Assembly: GCA_963422375.2 (NCBI GenBank)
Contig: OY729427.2
Location: forward strand, 800,001-864,000
DNA from: Bryobacterales bacterium
GTDB lineage: Bacteria; Acidobacteriota; Terriglobia; Bryobacterales; UBA6623
Reading direction: 5' to 3'
Length of the DNA stretch: 64,000 nt
Position numbers and translations under genes: made by a program. The notes under the pieces are model-generated. The model had not been told where the DNA came from and ran no database searches. It was given only the letters and a program-made list of their open reading frames with translations. Numbering within the stretch: the stretch's first letter is position 1; each line of letters opens with the position of its first letter. Below, piece after piece: positions 45,092 through 54,912 of the stretch.

Positions 45092-45877
45092 CTAGCGACC
45101 GCTGAAGGCGGGCCCCCGCTTCTCCAGGAACGCGCGCGTGCCTTCGCGGACGTCATCGGTGGCGCAGCTAAGCGCGTACTGCGAGACCTCCCAGTCCAGC
45201 GCCGCGTCAAGGGGCATGGCCAGTCCCCGGTCGACGGCTTGCAAGGTGAGGGCGACCGCGACCGGGCCGTTACGCAGGATTCGGGCGGCCAGCGCAGCGG
45301 CGTCCGCCAGCAGGCGCTCCGGCTCGGCGACCCGGTTGACCAATCCCATGGCCTGCGCCTCGTCCGCGCTGACCGGATCGCCCGTGAGAAGCATCTCGAG
45401 TGCCCTGCCTCTGCCCACGAGCCGGGGCAGCCGCTGCGTGCCTCCGAAGCCGGGCACGATGCCGAGCCGGAGCTCGGGCTGGCCCAGCCGCGCCCGCGAC
45501 GAGGCGACCCGCAGGTGGCAGGCCATGGCCAGCTCGAGACCCCCGCCAAGGGCGTAGCCGTTGATCGCGGCGATCACGGGCTTGCGCAGCGACTCGACGC
45601 GACGCAGCATAGCCTGCCCGCGCAGGCCCCACGCGCGCGCCTCCAGCGCGCTGAATCCGGATACTTCGTCAATGTCGGCCCCGGCGACGAAGCTCCTGTC
45701 GCCAGATCCGGTTACGATGATCGCGCGGATTCCGTCGTCCTCCCCAGCGTCGAGGAAGAAACGGTCCAGCGCGTCGACCGTCGCGCCGTCGAGAGCGTTG
45801 AGCTTGCCCGGACGGTTGACGGTCACGACCGTGACACCGCGGTCTGTCGCGATCAGAAGGTTCGGATACGGCGGCAT
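45092..45877 (-). CDS. Enoyl-CoA hydratase / crotonase family
   Basis: NRPGKLNAL, FVAGADI, AINGYALGGGLELA, GQPE..LGIVPGFGGTQRLPRL. Confidence 0.93.
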   Translation of the reverse strand: MPPYPNLLIATDRGVTVVTVNRPGKLNALDGATVDALDRFFLDAGEDDGIRAIIVTGSGDRSFVAGADIDEVSGFSALEARAWGLRGQAMLRRVESLRKPVIAAINGYALGGGLELAMACHLRVASSRARLGQPELRLGIVPGFGGTQRLPRLVGRGRALEMLLTGDPVSADEAQAMGLVNRVAEPERLLADAAALAARILRNGPVAVALTLQAVDRGLAMPLDAALDWEVSQYALSCATDDVREGTRAFLEKRGPAFSGR

Positions 45878-45921
45878 CCGGCCCAGTGTACAGCGGCGCT
45901 TCCGGCAGCGATCCGACACGG

Positions 45922-45991
45922 TGCCGCCCCGCTTGCCCGTGCCGGGACTTGATACGGGGTCGTCAATCGGACGGGCAAGCGACTGGCGGCA
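45922..45991. repeat. Long intergenic stem-loop (REP-like)
   Basis: CGCTTGCCCGT (45930-45940) / ACGGGCAAGCG (45971-45981) with outer TGCCGCC/GGCGGCA arms. Confidence 0.5.
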
Positions 45992-46619
45992 GGCAGGGCC
46001 GGAACCCAGTGCCACGGCGTCAATCGCAAGGCCTCGCGCCTGCAACCGTACGCGGTCGAACGCCCCGCCAAGTACCGGTTCGAGACCCTCCGTTCCAAGC
46101 CCCTTGAAGCCGACTGTATCCCGCAAGTCCTACCTGTCACGCGCAGCGCCGACCCGACCGGCCGGCACTTCCCCCGACTCAGGAGCCGAATGAACAGCTC
46201 TCTTGATCGCCGCAAGCGCACTCGAGCGCCGCCTGCCTCTCAGGCATCGCACCAGCCCTCTTCCACAGAATCCACATCGCCACTAGTCAGCGCCCGGTCA
46301 AGGTCCTCGAATTCTTCCCAAGTGCATTCCCAGACAGCCACCTCGACACCGGGGGCGTCCGGGCCCTCTTGCCTTAAGTCGATTCGGAGGCCACCCACCG
46401 CCGAGCGGGGGGCAGAGCTGGAGAAGCGGGCCAAAGTCTAAGTGTACGCCCTCGCTCGAGCCGACGGGCCCCCGCGGCCTGCCCATGTCCCATAGGTCGG
46501 CGTTGACAAACGGAAGCCCCGGGCACAGGGAGTTGCGGAGCGGGGCCTTAGGATAAGCAGACGGCAGGGCCAGTCCGCGCAGTCGGCGAGACCCCGGCAG
46601 CGGGACGGTCGCAGCCGCC

Positions 46620-48856
46620 CGGTGTTTTTCCCACGGAGCCCTCGACAAACGGCCGCCGAGCTGCCTTCAACGGGTCATGCCCCGGAACCGCATTCTCGAA
46701 ACGCTGTCGGGCCCGGAGGGTCTCCTCCGCCTGCGAGCGCTGCTGGACGCGGAGACCTTCCCCCATCGCACCGCGCTCGCCGCGTACGTGTGCGCCAACT
46801 TCCGCTTCCACGACGCTCGCGGAAACTGCCAAGCGGTCACCTGCCTGAAGGCCTTGCGGACCCTCCACGCCCGCAACAGCATCGCTCTCCCGCCGCCCGT
46901 CCGCCACGGCGGGCACGGCCGCCCCGTCGAGGCCCCGCGGTCCGTGCCGGCGCGCGCCGGCGCCGTCGAGGACCTGCGCCTCGAACTCGTCGCCGACGAC
47001 CGCAGCCGCCGGCTCCGGACCGAACTGATCGCCCGCGAGCATCCCCGAGGCGCCGCCTGCCACATCGGTCCCCAGCTGCGCTACCTGCCGCTCTCGCGGC
47101 ACGGCATCCTCGCCGCCTCCGCCCTGGCTCTCGCCGACCGCTGGATCGGCTGGGACGCCGAGCGCTGTCGCAACCGGCCTTGCGCGCAGTGCCGCAACCT
47201 CGCCTCCAAGGCCCTCGCTCCGGGCCTGCGCCGCCTCCCCGCCGACCTCCGACGGCGCTACGGCTGCGAACCCCTCCTCGCGGAGACCTTCGTCGACCGC
47301 CGGCGCCGGCCTCAAGGCCGCCAACTGAATCCACATCGGCCGCACCGCAGGCCGCGGGCGCTGCGCCCCGACCGGCGCGACCGTGCCCATCAAGGCCGTC
47401 TTCCTGTATCCCCTGCGGCACGACTGGCGCCGCCAGCCGGGCGTGCCCGCGCCCCCCGTGCCGGACCTCGCCGCCGGGCTGCACCGCGACAGCTGGGCCC
47501 GGCCCGAGTTCGGCAGTGCTCGACTTTGAGATGTACGCCGGAGCCGCCGCCCGGTGCAATGCTCGGCCGCCATGATCGACGCGCCGCGGGCCTCGTTCGT
47601 CTCCGCAGCCTAGTCCGACCGCGCCCTGATGAAGGCCTGATACCGCATGATCGACCAGCCGGCCGAGGCCGTCGTGCTGTGCGTCCAGGACAGAAGCGAC
47701 CTCAAGTTCGCCGAGCGACCGGACTGCGTCGGCCCGGGGCTGATCGGCAGGAACAACCGTTCCAAGGGCACCCTCGGCCTGCACATGCATTCGACGCCGG
47801 CCGTCAACGGCGACGGCATCCCGCTGGGCGTGCCGCCTATCCAGTTCGAGGCCCGGGACGGCCGGGCCGGGAAGCACAAGCCGGCCGAGCTGCGCAAGAC
47901 GCAGCGCTGGGTGCGAGAGCTGCGGGACACGGCCGAGCTGGCCGGGCGGCTGCGGGGGACACGGCCGGTCGCGGTCATGGACCGCGAGGCGGACGTGTTC
48001 GAGCTGATCGCCGCGCGCCGGCGGCTGGATGGGATCGACCTGCCGGTGCGGGCCAGGCACAACCGCAGTCTCGGCCAGGACCGGCCGAAGCTCTTCGACC
48101 GCCCAGGCGCGCCCGGCGCTACGCGTCCCGCGCAGCTCGGCCCGGCGCGGCACGCGGCGGCAGGCGGCGAGCGAGTTGCGCCCGGCGCACGGCCAGAGGT
48201 GGTGCTGCGCCGGCAGACGGTCCCGCTGCCGGCGCCGGCCGAGGGACCCGAGCGCGGGAGCGAGCCGATTCGCCTGAACATGGTGCACGTGCGGGAAGAC
48301 GCGGCCCCGGACGGCGCCGAGCCGCTGGAATGGTTCCTGCTGACGAGCTTGCCGATGCGGTCGCGGGCGGACGCGGAGCGCATCCTCACCTGGTATCGCC
48401 TGCGCTGGCGCATCGAGGACTGGCACCGGGTGCTCAAGTCCGGCTGCCGGGCGGAACACCTCGGCCATCGCCGCGGCGAGCGGATCGAGCGGGCGGTCAC
48501 GATCAAGGCGGCGATCGCGTGGCGCCTGACCGTGATGACGCTGCCGGGCCGGGACACGCCCGAACTGCCGCCGCGCGATCAATTCTCCGACGCCGAGCTG
48601 CGGGCGCCGGGCGACTTCGCCAAGGCTCGCCAGTTGCCGGCACCCGACAACCTAGGGCGCGCAGCGCTCACCACGGCGATGCTCGGCGGCTATCTCAACC
48701 GCAAGCACAATCCCCCGCCCGGGCGCGAGGTTCTCTGGGAGGGCTACACGCGACTCGCTACGGCCACGCAGACGTACGAGCGGCTGATCGACCTAGATAA
48801 AGCCAGTAACTTGTACCGAAACCTGCCCTTAACCAAGACTCATGGGAAAAAGGCAG
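46620..48856 (+). mobile_element. Degenerate IS4-family (IS50/Tn5-like) element with N-terminal DUF4338-like domain
   Basis: VQD, MDREAD, WYRLRWRIEDWHRVLKSGC (YREK), LGGYLNRK..PPG..VLWEG. IS50-like ends CGGTGTTTTTCCCAC (46620) and ACTCATGGGAAAAAGGCAG (48838-48856). Frameshifts around 47300-47650. Confidence 0.85.
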
Positions 48857-49033
48857 CCCGCGGCCGCAAGCCTGCCTACAGGCGACGCAAGCAGCGACCG
48901 TCGAGGGCGGTCTCGTCGCTCCCTTGAAGACGACCCAGTCGCCAGCGATTCTAAGTTTGGGCATCTTAGGACTTCCAGAGTGTCTGACAAGTGTGTCGAA
49001 GGCAGATTGGCGCAGCCTGGCACTTGACTCTTC

Positions 49034-49820
49034 CTAGTGCTGTGTCCCGCAAATACGCGCAGAGAGACGTTCGGGCTCGTTGAAGATCGACTCGGCCGTC
49101 GCGACCCGGATGAGGGGGAAGCGGGGGGGCATAGTATTGCGCGATGAAGGCCTCGATCATCTAGACTCGTTGAGCGACGCTGCCGAACGAGCCTCGCTTG
49201 ATGGCACGCTGGCTGACGAGACCGAACCGGCATTCCACCTAGTGGAGCCACGAGGCGGATGTCGACGTGAAGTGAAGATGGTAGCGCGGTCTCTCGGCGA
49301 GCCGCGCTCGGACCCTCGGATGCTTGCGGGTCGCGTAGTTGTCCAGGACGGGATGAATTTCGAGTGCGGGCGATGTCTCGCGGTCAGCGAGCCGCGGGAA
49401 GGCGGGAAACTCCCGATTGCGCCGGCGCCGGGAGCATTTGCCGAGCATCTTACCGGCGGCCGCGTCGAGAGCGGCGAAGAGCGTCGCGGTTCCGTGCCGG
49501 ATGCAGTCATGGTCATGGCCTTCGGCATAGCCCGGTCCCATCGGCAGCGCGGGCCGAGGGTGATGGAGCGCCTGTATCCGGCGCTTCTCATCGACGCGCA
49601 ACGCCATGGCGCTGTCCGGGGGATTGAGACAAGGGCCAGTCACGTCGCGCACCTTATTGATGGAGAACGCCACCCTGCGCGCAGGCCGCCGCGATGCGTG
49701 CCCGCTGGACCGGACCATGGGGCATCGAAGTGGACTGCGAGAGGGCAGTCAGCTGTGCGTGCTGCTCATCTGTGAGCACCACTGGTGGAGTTGGCGTCCG
49801 CGCGGGACCGTGCGGGATGA
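49034..49820 (-). pseudogene. IS630-family transposase remnant nested in the ISNCY element
   Basis: VVLTDEQ..., VDEK, RHGT.TLFAALD, LDNYATRKHP, HFT.TSASWL; internal deletion and stops; end TAGTGCTGTGTCCC at 49035. Confidence 0.88.
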
Positions 49821-49944
49821 CTGGAAGTGTCGGCGGTGGCGACGGCCATGCGGCGTAGGCGCGCGAGCGGGGCAGAGAGGGGTCCGGCCGCGCTCGGCAG
49901 GCGCGCCAAGGCCGAGGCAGCACAAGCTGCTGGAAAAGCGGGGG

Positions 49945-50075
49945 TTACGGCCCTGTTGTGGGTTGGGCGGGCGATGCTTGCGCGCCTGCCTGGTGCCGGA
50001 TCTCGTAGTTCCAGCGCGCGATGTCCGTCCCCTTGACGAGGTTGAGATGGTTCATCTGCCGGTCGCCGAGAGTCG
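49945..50075 (-). pseudogene. C-terminal fragment resembling an ISAzo13-family transposase
   Basis: GDRQMNHLNL.....ARWNYEIR resembles the conserved ISAzo13 C-terminus (..WNYTI.P). Confidence 0.5.
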
Positions 50076-51393
50076 CATCTCCTGCGACAACCGGATCCGC
50101 AACTTGCTCGACGGCGTCGAGCCGGCCGCATTCGACCCGCTGTTCCGACTGTGCCTCGAGACCGTGGGCGCGCTCGAGCCCTTCCAGCGCCTCGACGAGC
50201 GCCTGCCGGTGGCTCTGGAGGGCATCCGGTTCCACTGCTCGGACACGTCGCATTGCCCGCGGTGCTCGGTGCGCCACGCCGGGAGCGAGCGCCGGCCGCA
50301 TCCCTCTCACCATGGTCGCGGCGACCGTGGTGGCCGACGGCCACGCCACCGTCCTGCCGCCGATGCCCGAGTTCGCACGCCCGCAACAGGACGCGGCCGC
50401 GACCCGGGCCGACCTGAGCGAGACTAAGCGCAAGCAGGACTGCGCGCGCAACGCCGCAAAGCGCTGGATTCCCGCTCATGGCGACTGGCTGCAGGCCTGC
50501 CGCCCCGTCCTAGCGGGCGACGATCTGTACTGCTGCCAGCCACTCTGCGAGGCCGCCGAGGCGGCCGGGATGGACTACATCCTGGCATGCAAGCCCGGAT
50601 CCCGGATCCCACTAGCGCTTGTACGAGGTGCTGGAGAGCCGGCAGGCGAGCGGCGCAGTGCAATAGACCGGCTGGCTGCCGCGGCGCGGGCAGCGCACTT
50701 GGATCGATTACGCCGCGAAGCGCGGCGGCAAGCGCACCTGCGCCAACTGCTTCTTGACCACTCTCCGGGTGACCGCGGACAACGCGGAGCGGATCGCGCG
50801 GGACGGACGGGCGCGCTGAAAGATCGAGAACGAGGGGTTCAACTGCCTGGCGCGGGACGGCTGCAACTGCAAGCGCAAGTTCGGGCACGGCAAGGCCGCG
50901 CCGACCAATGTGCTGGCCGCGCTGAACATGTTCGCCTTCATGCTCCATGCCGTGCCGGCAGTGCCGACGCACGCGGGTCACGCGCCGCGACTTTTTCGAG
51001 GAGCTGAAGGTCGCGCTGCGCTGGTGTCCGCTTCCCGGACTGGCCGACTCTGCGGGCGACGGTGCCCGACGGAGGCGCTTCGCCGGACTGCCAGCCGGCC
51101 CCGGCCTAGCCTCCGCGCAGCTTCGTGCCAACAGCGTCCGGCGAGCGGCCGACCGAGGCACCCGGCTACCGCCGGAGTGCGTCGGGCCGCGAGTACACCG
51201 CCGAGGCCGCGCCCCAGCCATACCAGCTATCCGACGCTCCCGCGGGGCGGCCTCAGCAGCTCGACCGCTCAGTCGACTCGTTCAACTCATCCTCCTACTA
51301 CGACATTCGCCACCATCCTAATGGCCAAATTTAAAATCGCTGACCCGGTCGCAGGACCGGTCGACGAGCGACCAACCGGGCCCGCTGGCCCGC

Positions 51394-52392
51394 CTAGCGG
51401 GTCTCCGCGACTTCCGGACTCGGTGGCAGCGCCGGCACAAACAGCACGCGCACCTCGGAGCTCACCTCGGCGATCATCAGCGGCTCGCGAAGGTCGTCGG
51501 TCAGGCGGAAGACGTTGCCCCCGGCCAAGGACTCGAGCGCTGTCGGCGCGCACGCGCAAGGGGTCAGTTTGGGCATGCCGCCCGCAAGCGGAATCGAGGC
51601 GATCCCGCCCGCCACCGCGACCGCCACGTAACTCCCGTCCGAGGTGGGCCTGGCGCGGAACGGATTCCTCACCGCGTCGATCTCCGACGCGATCACGGAC
51701 GACTGCCGCCGCGTCTCCACTCCCGAATACAGGAGAACTTCGCCCGCCGCGCTGTCCGTCACCACCGCGTCGTCCCGCCCGGCGAAGAAGGCCACGTCCG
51801 AGACCCGCTGCACGCCGCCGATCCGAGCCGGAGCGCGCCCCGGACGTAGCAGGAAGAGCGAGCCGGACTCTGGACGGGCCGAGGCGGCCACGACCGCTCC
51901 GGAGTCGCTGATCGCGAACGCCGTCCACTCGCCGACTCCCTCGTCAAGCCGGAGCGTCTCGCCGAACGTCGGAAGACCGGGCAGCCCGTCGAGCAGATGG
52001 ATCCGGCCCGTCTCGGACGATACCAAGGCCGCGTGCCGCGCCGCGGGGCTGATCACCGCCGTCAGCGCCCCCCCCGGTGCCGCCTCCAGCGCGACCGCTT
52101 CCGGCGGGTCCGCGGACAGATCGACGAACAGCGTCCGCCCCTGTTCGTCGCGAACAATAGCGAATTGCTGGGTGGGGGCGATCACGGCCTGCGCCAGGAC
52201 CATGCCTAGGTCGAGCGCGGGCGCCATGCTTGATGCTCCCGGAATCCCGTCGACCCTGTGGAGCGAGCCGGCCTCCTGGTCGAATACGTAGCCGAGAATG
52301 GGCGCGCTCACGGTATAGCCGGCCGCGGCCAGCAGCAGCGGGGCCGCAAGGAGAGCCGCCCCCAATGCGAAGGTGCCGAGTCGAGTGATCAT
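51394..52392 (-). CDS. Secreted hypothetical protein, probable beta-propeller
   Basis: Signal peptide; PILGYVFD...GIPGAS motif; repeated beta-strand pattern. Confidence 0.65.
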   Translation of the reverse strand: MITRLGTFALGAALLAAPLLLAAAGYTVSAPILGYVFDQEAGSLHRVDGIPGASSMAPALDLGMVLAQAVIAPTQQFAIVRDEQGRTLFVDLSADPPEAVALEAAPGGALTAVISPAARHAALVSSETGRIHLLDGLPGLPTFGETLRLDEGVGEWTAFAISDSGAVVAASARPESGSLFLLRPGRAPARIGGVQRVSDVAFFAGRDDAVVTDSAAGEVLLYSGVETRRQSSVIASEIDAVRNPFRARPTSDGSYVAVAVAGGIASIPLAGGMPKLTPCACAPTALESLAGGNVFRLTDDLREPLMIAEVSSEVRVLFVPALPPSPEVAETR

Positions 52393-52497
52393 GCGTAGGG
52401 ATCCCTGTCTCAATTATGGCGCATCCGCGAGCCCTAAGTTACCTTCCGCCCGCCCCGACCCGCTGGCGGCCGCGGGCGTTGCTAGAATCGAAGGGCT

Positions 52498-53337
52498 GTG
52501 CCAGCGGCCAAGCTTCGCGTCTGCGCGGTCAGCTACCTGAACACCGCGCCGCTGGTCTGGGGCCTGTCGAGCGGGCGGCAGCGGGGGGCGTTCGAGCTCT
52601 CGTTCGCGCTCCCTTCCGAATGCGCCGACCGGCTGCGCAAGAACGAGGCGGATGTCGGGCTGGTGCCGGTCATCGAGCTGGCGCGCCAGCCCGGGCTGGC
52701 CGTCGTGCCCGGGCTCGGAGTCGCGTGCGAAGGCCCCGTCCGCAGCATCGTCCTCGTTTCCAAGAAGCCATTCGGGGCGATCGATTCGTTCGCCGCCGAC
52801 AGCGGCTCGCGCACGTCCGTGGTACTGGCCCGGATCCTAGCCGCCCGGGCCCACGGCATCCGGCCGCGAGTCCTGCCTCGCCCTCCAAGGCTGGACGAGA
52901 TGCTCGAGGTGGCCGACGCCGCGCTGGTCATAGGGGATCCGGCGCTGCGGATCGACACGGCGATGTCGAGCTGGAAGGGCCACCCCGTCCACGTCTACGA
53001 CCTCGGGGCCGAATGGCAGGACCTGACCGGACTCCCGATGGTCTTCGCCGTGTGGGGCGTCAGGGCAGCCGCGCGGACGGAAGGCCTCGCGCAGGCACTG
53101 GCCGAGTCTGCCGCGTACGGACGGGCGCGGATCCACGAGATCGTCCGTGCCGAGAGCGCCCGCCTCGGCTTCGCGCCCGCAGTGGTCCGGGAGTACCTGA
53201 CGCGACTCGTGCGCTTCGAGATCGGGCCGCGCGAGATCGAGGGCCTGCGGCTCTACTTGCGCCTAGCCTCGGAGCTCGGGCTGGCGGCACCCTCGCCCGG
53301 CCCGCGCTTCCTGGCGGAGCAGTCGCTGTCGAGGTAA
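52498..53337 (+). CDS. mqnA: Chorismate dehydratase (futalosine menaquinone pathway)
   Basis: VSYLNTAPL, GPVRSI, SRTSVVL, LVIGDPAL, DLGAEW..LTGLPMVFAVW; adjacent to mqnC. Confidence 0.92.
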   Translation: MPAAKLRVCAVSYLNTAPLVWGLSSGRQRGAFELSFALPSECADRLRKNEADVGLVPVIELARQPGLAVVPGLGVACEGPVRSIVLVSKKPFGAIDSFAADSGSRTSVVLARILAARAHGIRPRVLPRPPRLDEMLEVADAALVIGDPALRIDTAMSSWKGHPVHVYDLGAEWQDLTGLPMVFAVWGVRAAARTEGLAQALAESAAYGRARIHEIVRAESARLGFAPAVVREYLTRLVRFEIGPREIEGLRLYLRLASELGLAAPSPGPRFLAEQSLSR

Positions 53338-53347
53338 ACGAGCCATC

Positions 53348-54382
53348 ATGATGACGAACGAACGCGCGCTCGACTGCTTCGCCAGCGACGACCTGATCGG
53401 AATCGGCATGGAAGCCGACGCGGTCCGGGAGAGCCTGCACCCCCATCGAATCGCGAGCTACATCATCGACCGCAACATCAACCACACCAACGAATGCACG
53501 GAGTACTGCAGCTTCTGCGCGTTCTATCGCCCCATGGGCCACGACGAGGGCTACGTGCTGCCCTTCGAGACGATCGCGCAGAAGATCCAGGAAACCGTGG
53601 ACTGCGGCGGCACGGGCGTGCTCATGCAGGGCGGCGTGAATCCGAACCTCGACATCGGCTACTTCGAGTCTCTCTTCAGCCGGCTCAAGCAGCGCTTCCC
53701 CGCGTTCCAGCTGCACTGCCTGTCGGCCCCGGAAATCCTCTCCGTCGCGGAAGCGAGCGGCCTGTCCATCCGCGACACGTTGCTGCGACTGCGCGACGCG
53801 GGCATGGACTCGATGCCGGGAGCGGGAGCGGAGATCCTCGACGACGAGGTCCGCTTCCGCATCGCGCGACTGAAATGCACCACGGACCAGTGGCTGGACG
53901 TGCATCGCACCGCCCACCGCATCGGAATGAACACCACCGCGACGATGATGTTCGGCTGCGGCGAGACCGTGGAGCACCGCGTGCAGCACTTGGAAAAGCT
54001 GCGCCAGCTGCAGGACGAGACGGGAGGTTTCACGGCCTTCATCCCGTGGCCTTTCCAGCCGGCTCACACCGCCCTAGGAAAAAGGGTCCCCGAGGAGGCG
54101 ACCGCCTGCGAGTTCCTGCGCACGCTGGCGATCTCGCGCATCTACCTGCACAACTTCCTCAACGTCCAGACCTCGTGGGTGACGCAGGGACTGAAGGTCT
54201 GCCAGCTGGGCCTGCGCTTCGGAGGCAACGATGTCGGGAGCGTGATGCTGGAGGAGAATGTGGTGCGCCAGGCGGGAGCGAGCCATTCCGCCACCGAAGA
54301 GGACCTCCGCCGGATGATCCGCGAGGCCGGCTTCGTGCCGAAGCAGCGCGACACGCTCTACCGGACGTACTTCCTGAACTGA
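53348..54382 (+). CDS. mqnC: Cyclic dehypoxanthine futalosine synthase (radical SAM)
   Basis: IDRNINHTNECTEYCSFCAFYR, PGAGAEIL, TATMMFG, FTAFIPW, MLEENVV, QRDTLY. Confidence 0.92.
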   Translation: MMTNERALDCFASDDLIGIGMEADAVRESLHPHRIASYIIDRNINHTNECTEYCSFCAFYRPMGHDEGYVLPFETIAQKIQETVDCGGTGVLMQGGVNPNLDIGYFESLFSRLKQRFPAFQLHCLSAPEILSVAEASGLSIRDTLLRLRDAGMDSMPGAGAEILDDEVRFRIARLKCTTDQWLDVHRTAHRIGMNTTATMMFGCGETVEHRVQHLEKLRQLQDETGGFTAFIPWPFQPAHTALGKRVPEEATACEFLRTLAISRIYLHNFLNVQTSWVTQGLKVCQLGLRFGGNDVGSVMLEENVVRQAGASHSATEEDLRRMIREAGFVPKQRDTLYRTYFLN

Positions 54383-54405
54383 CGGCGGCTCCGCCGGAAA
54401 CCGCC

Positions 54406-54762
54406 CTAGCGGGCGCGCTTGCCGGTGACGCGGACGGTGGCCTCGGTGTCGAGGTTGACGCGCTCGCCCTTGATGGAATTGCGGCCTACCTCCGCGGTCC
54501 ACTCGAATTCCACGCCCTTCTCGACGGTCGTGAACTCCAAGTCCCGGCCCAGGAGCAGTCCGTACTCCACCTCAACGGAGTCGCCGCCCGGCAGCCGGAC
54601 CGTACCGCGAACGTCGCCTTGGTCCTCGACGAAGTCGGCGCGGAACGTCTGCCCGCCCACCTTCAGCTCCCAAGCGCCGGCCAGCAGGGACTGCTTCTGC
54701 GCCAAGGCTGGCACCGCCGCCAGCGCAAGGGCCAGCGCCAAAAGGGCCGTTCGCGCGCGCAT
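54406..54762 (-). CDS. Small secreted hypothetical protein
   Basis: Signal peptide ending ..AVPALA; LAGAWEL beta-rich domain; GGAGG SD. Confidence 0.7.
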   Translation of the reverse strand: MRARTALLALALALAAVPALAQKQSLLAGAWELKVGGQTFRADFVEDQGDVRGTVRLPGGDSVEVEYGLLLGRDLEFTTVEKGVEFEWTAEVGRNSIKGERVNLDTEATVRVTGKRAR

Positions 54763-54912
54763 GGGACTGCTCGCCTCCCATGATACGACCTCGCGGGCCC
54801 TGCCCGCGCCCGGCTTGCGCGCCGGGAGGGTGGCGGCGCTCCGGAAACTTGCGGGGCGCGCGCGCTACGGGGGATGCTGGAATCAGGCGCAACACGTCTC
54901 CCGACCCTCTCG

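Larger units (their letters stand above)
48943..51342 (+). mobile_element. ISNCY-type element, disrupted by nested insertions; transposase remnant about 50080-51050
   Basis: TIR CAGCGATTCTAAGTTTGGGCAT vs CAGCGATTTTAAATTTGGCCAT (19/22). TSD ACCCAGTCGC (48933-48942) / ACCCGGTCGC (51343-51352). Motifs NRIRNLLD, KQDC.RNAAKRW, GDDLYCCQP, KIENEGFN. Confidence 0.85.

Noticed and set aside
46070..46100. GGTTCGAGACC T-loop-like motif (also GTTCGAATCC at about 63641)
   Set aside because: No complementary T-stem or cloverleaf, so not a tRNA
46677..47400. Druantia defence system
   Set aside because: The DUF4338-like region lies inside IS4 ends, and no DruE helicase or other dru genes are present
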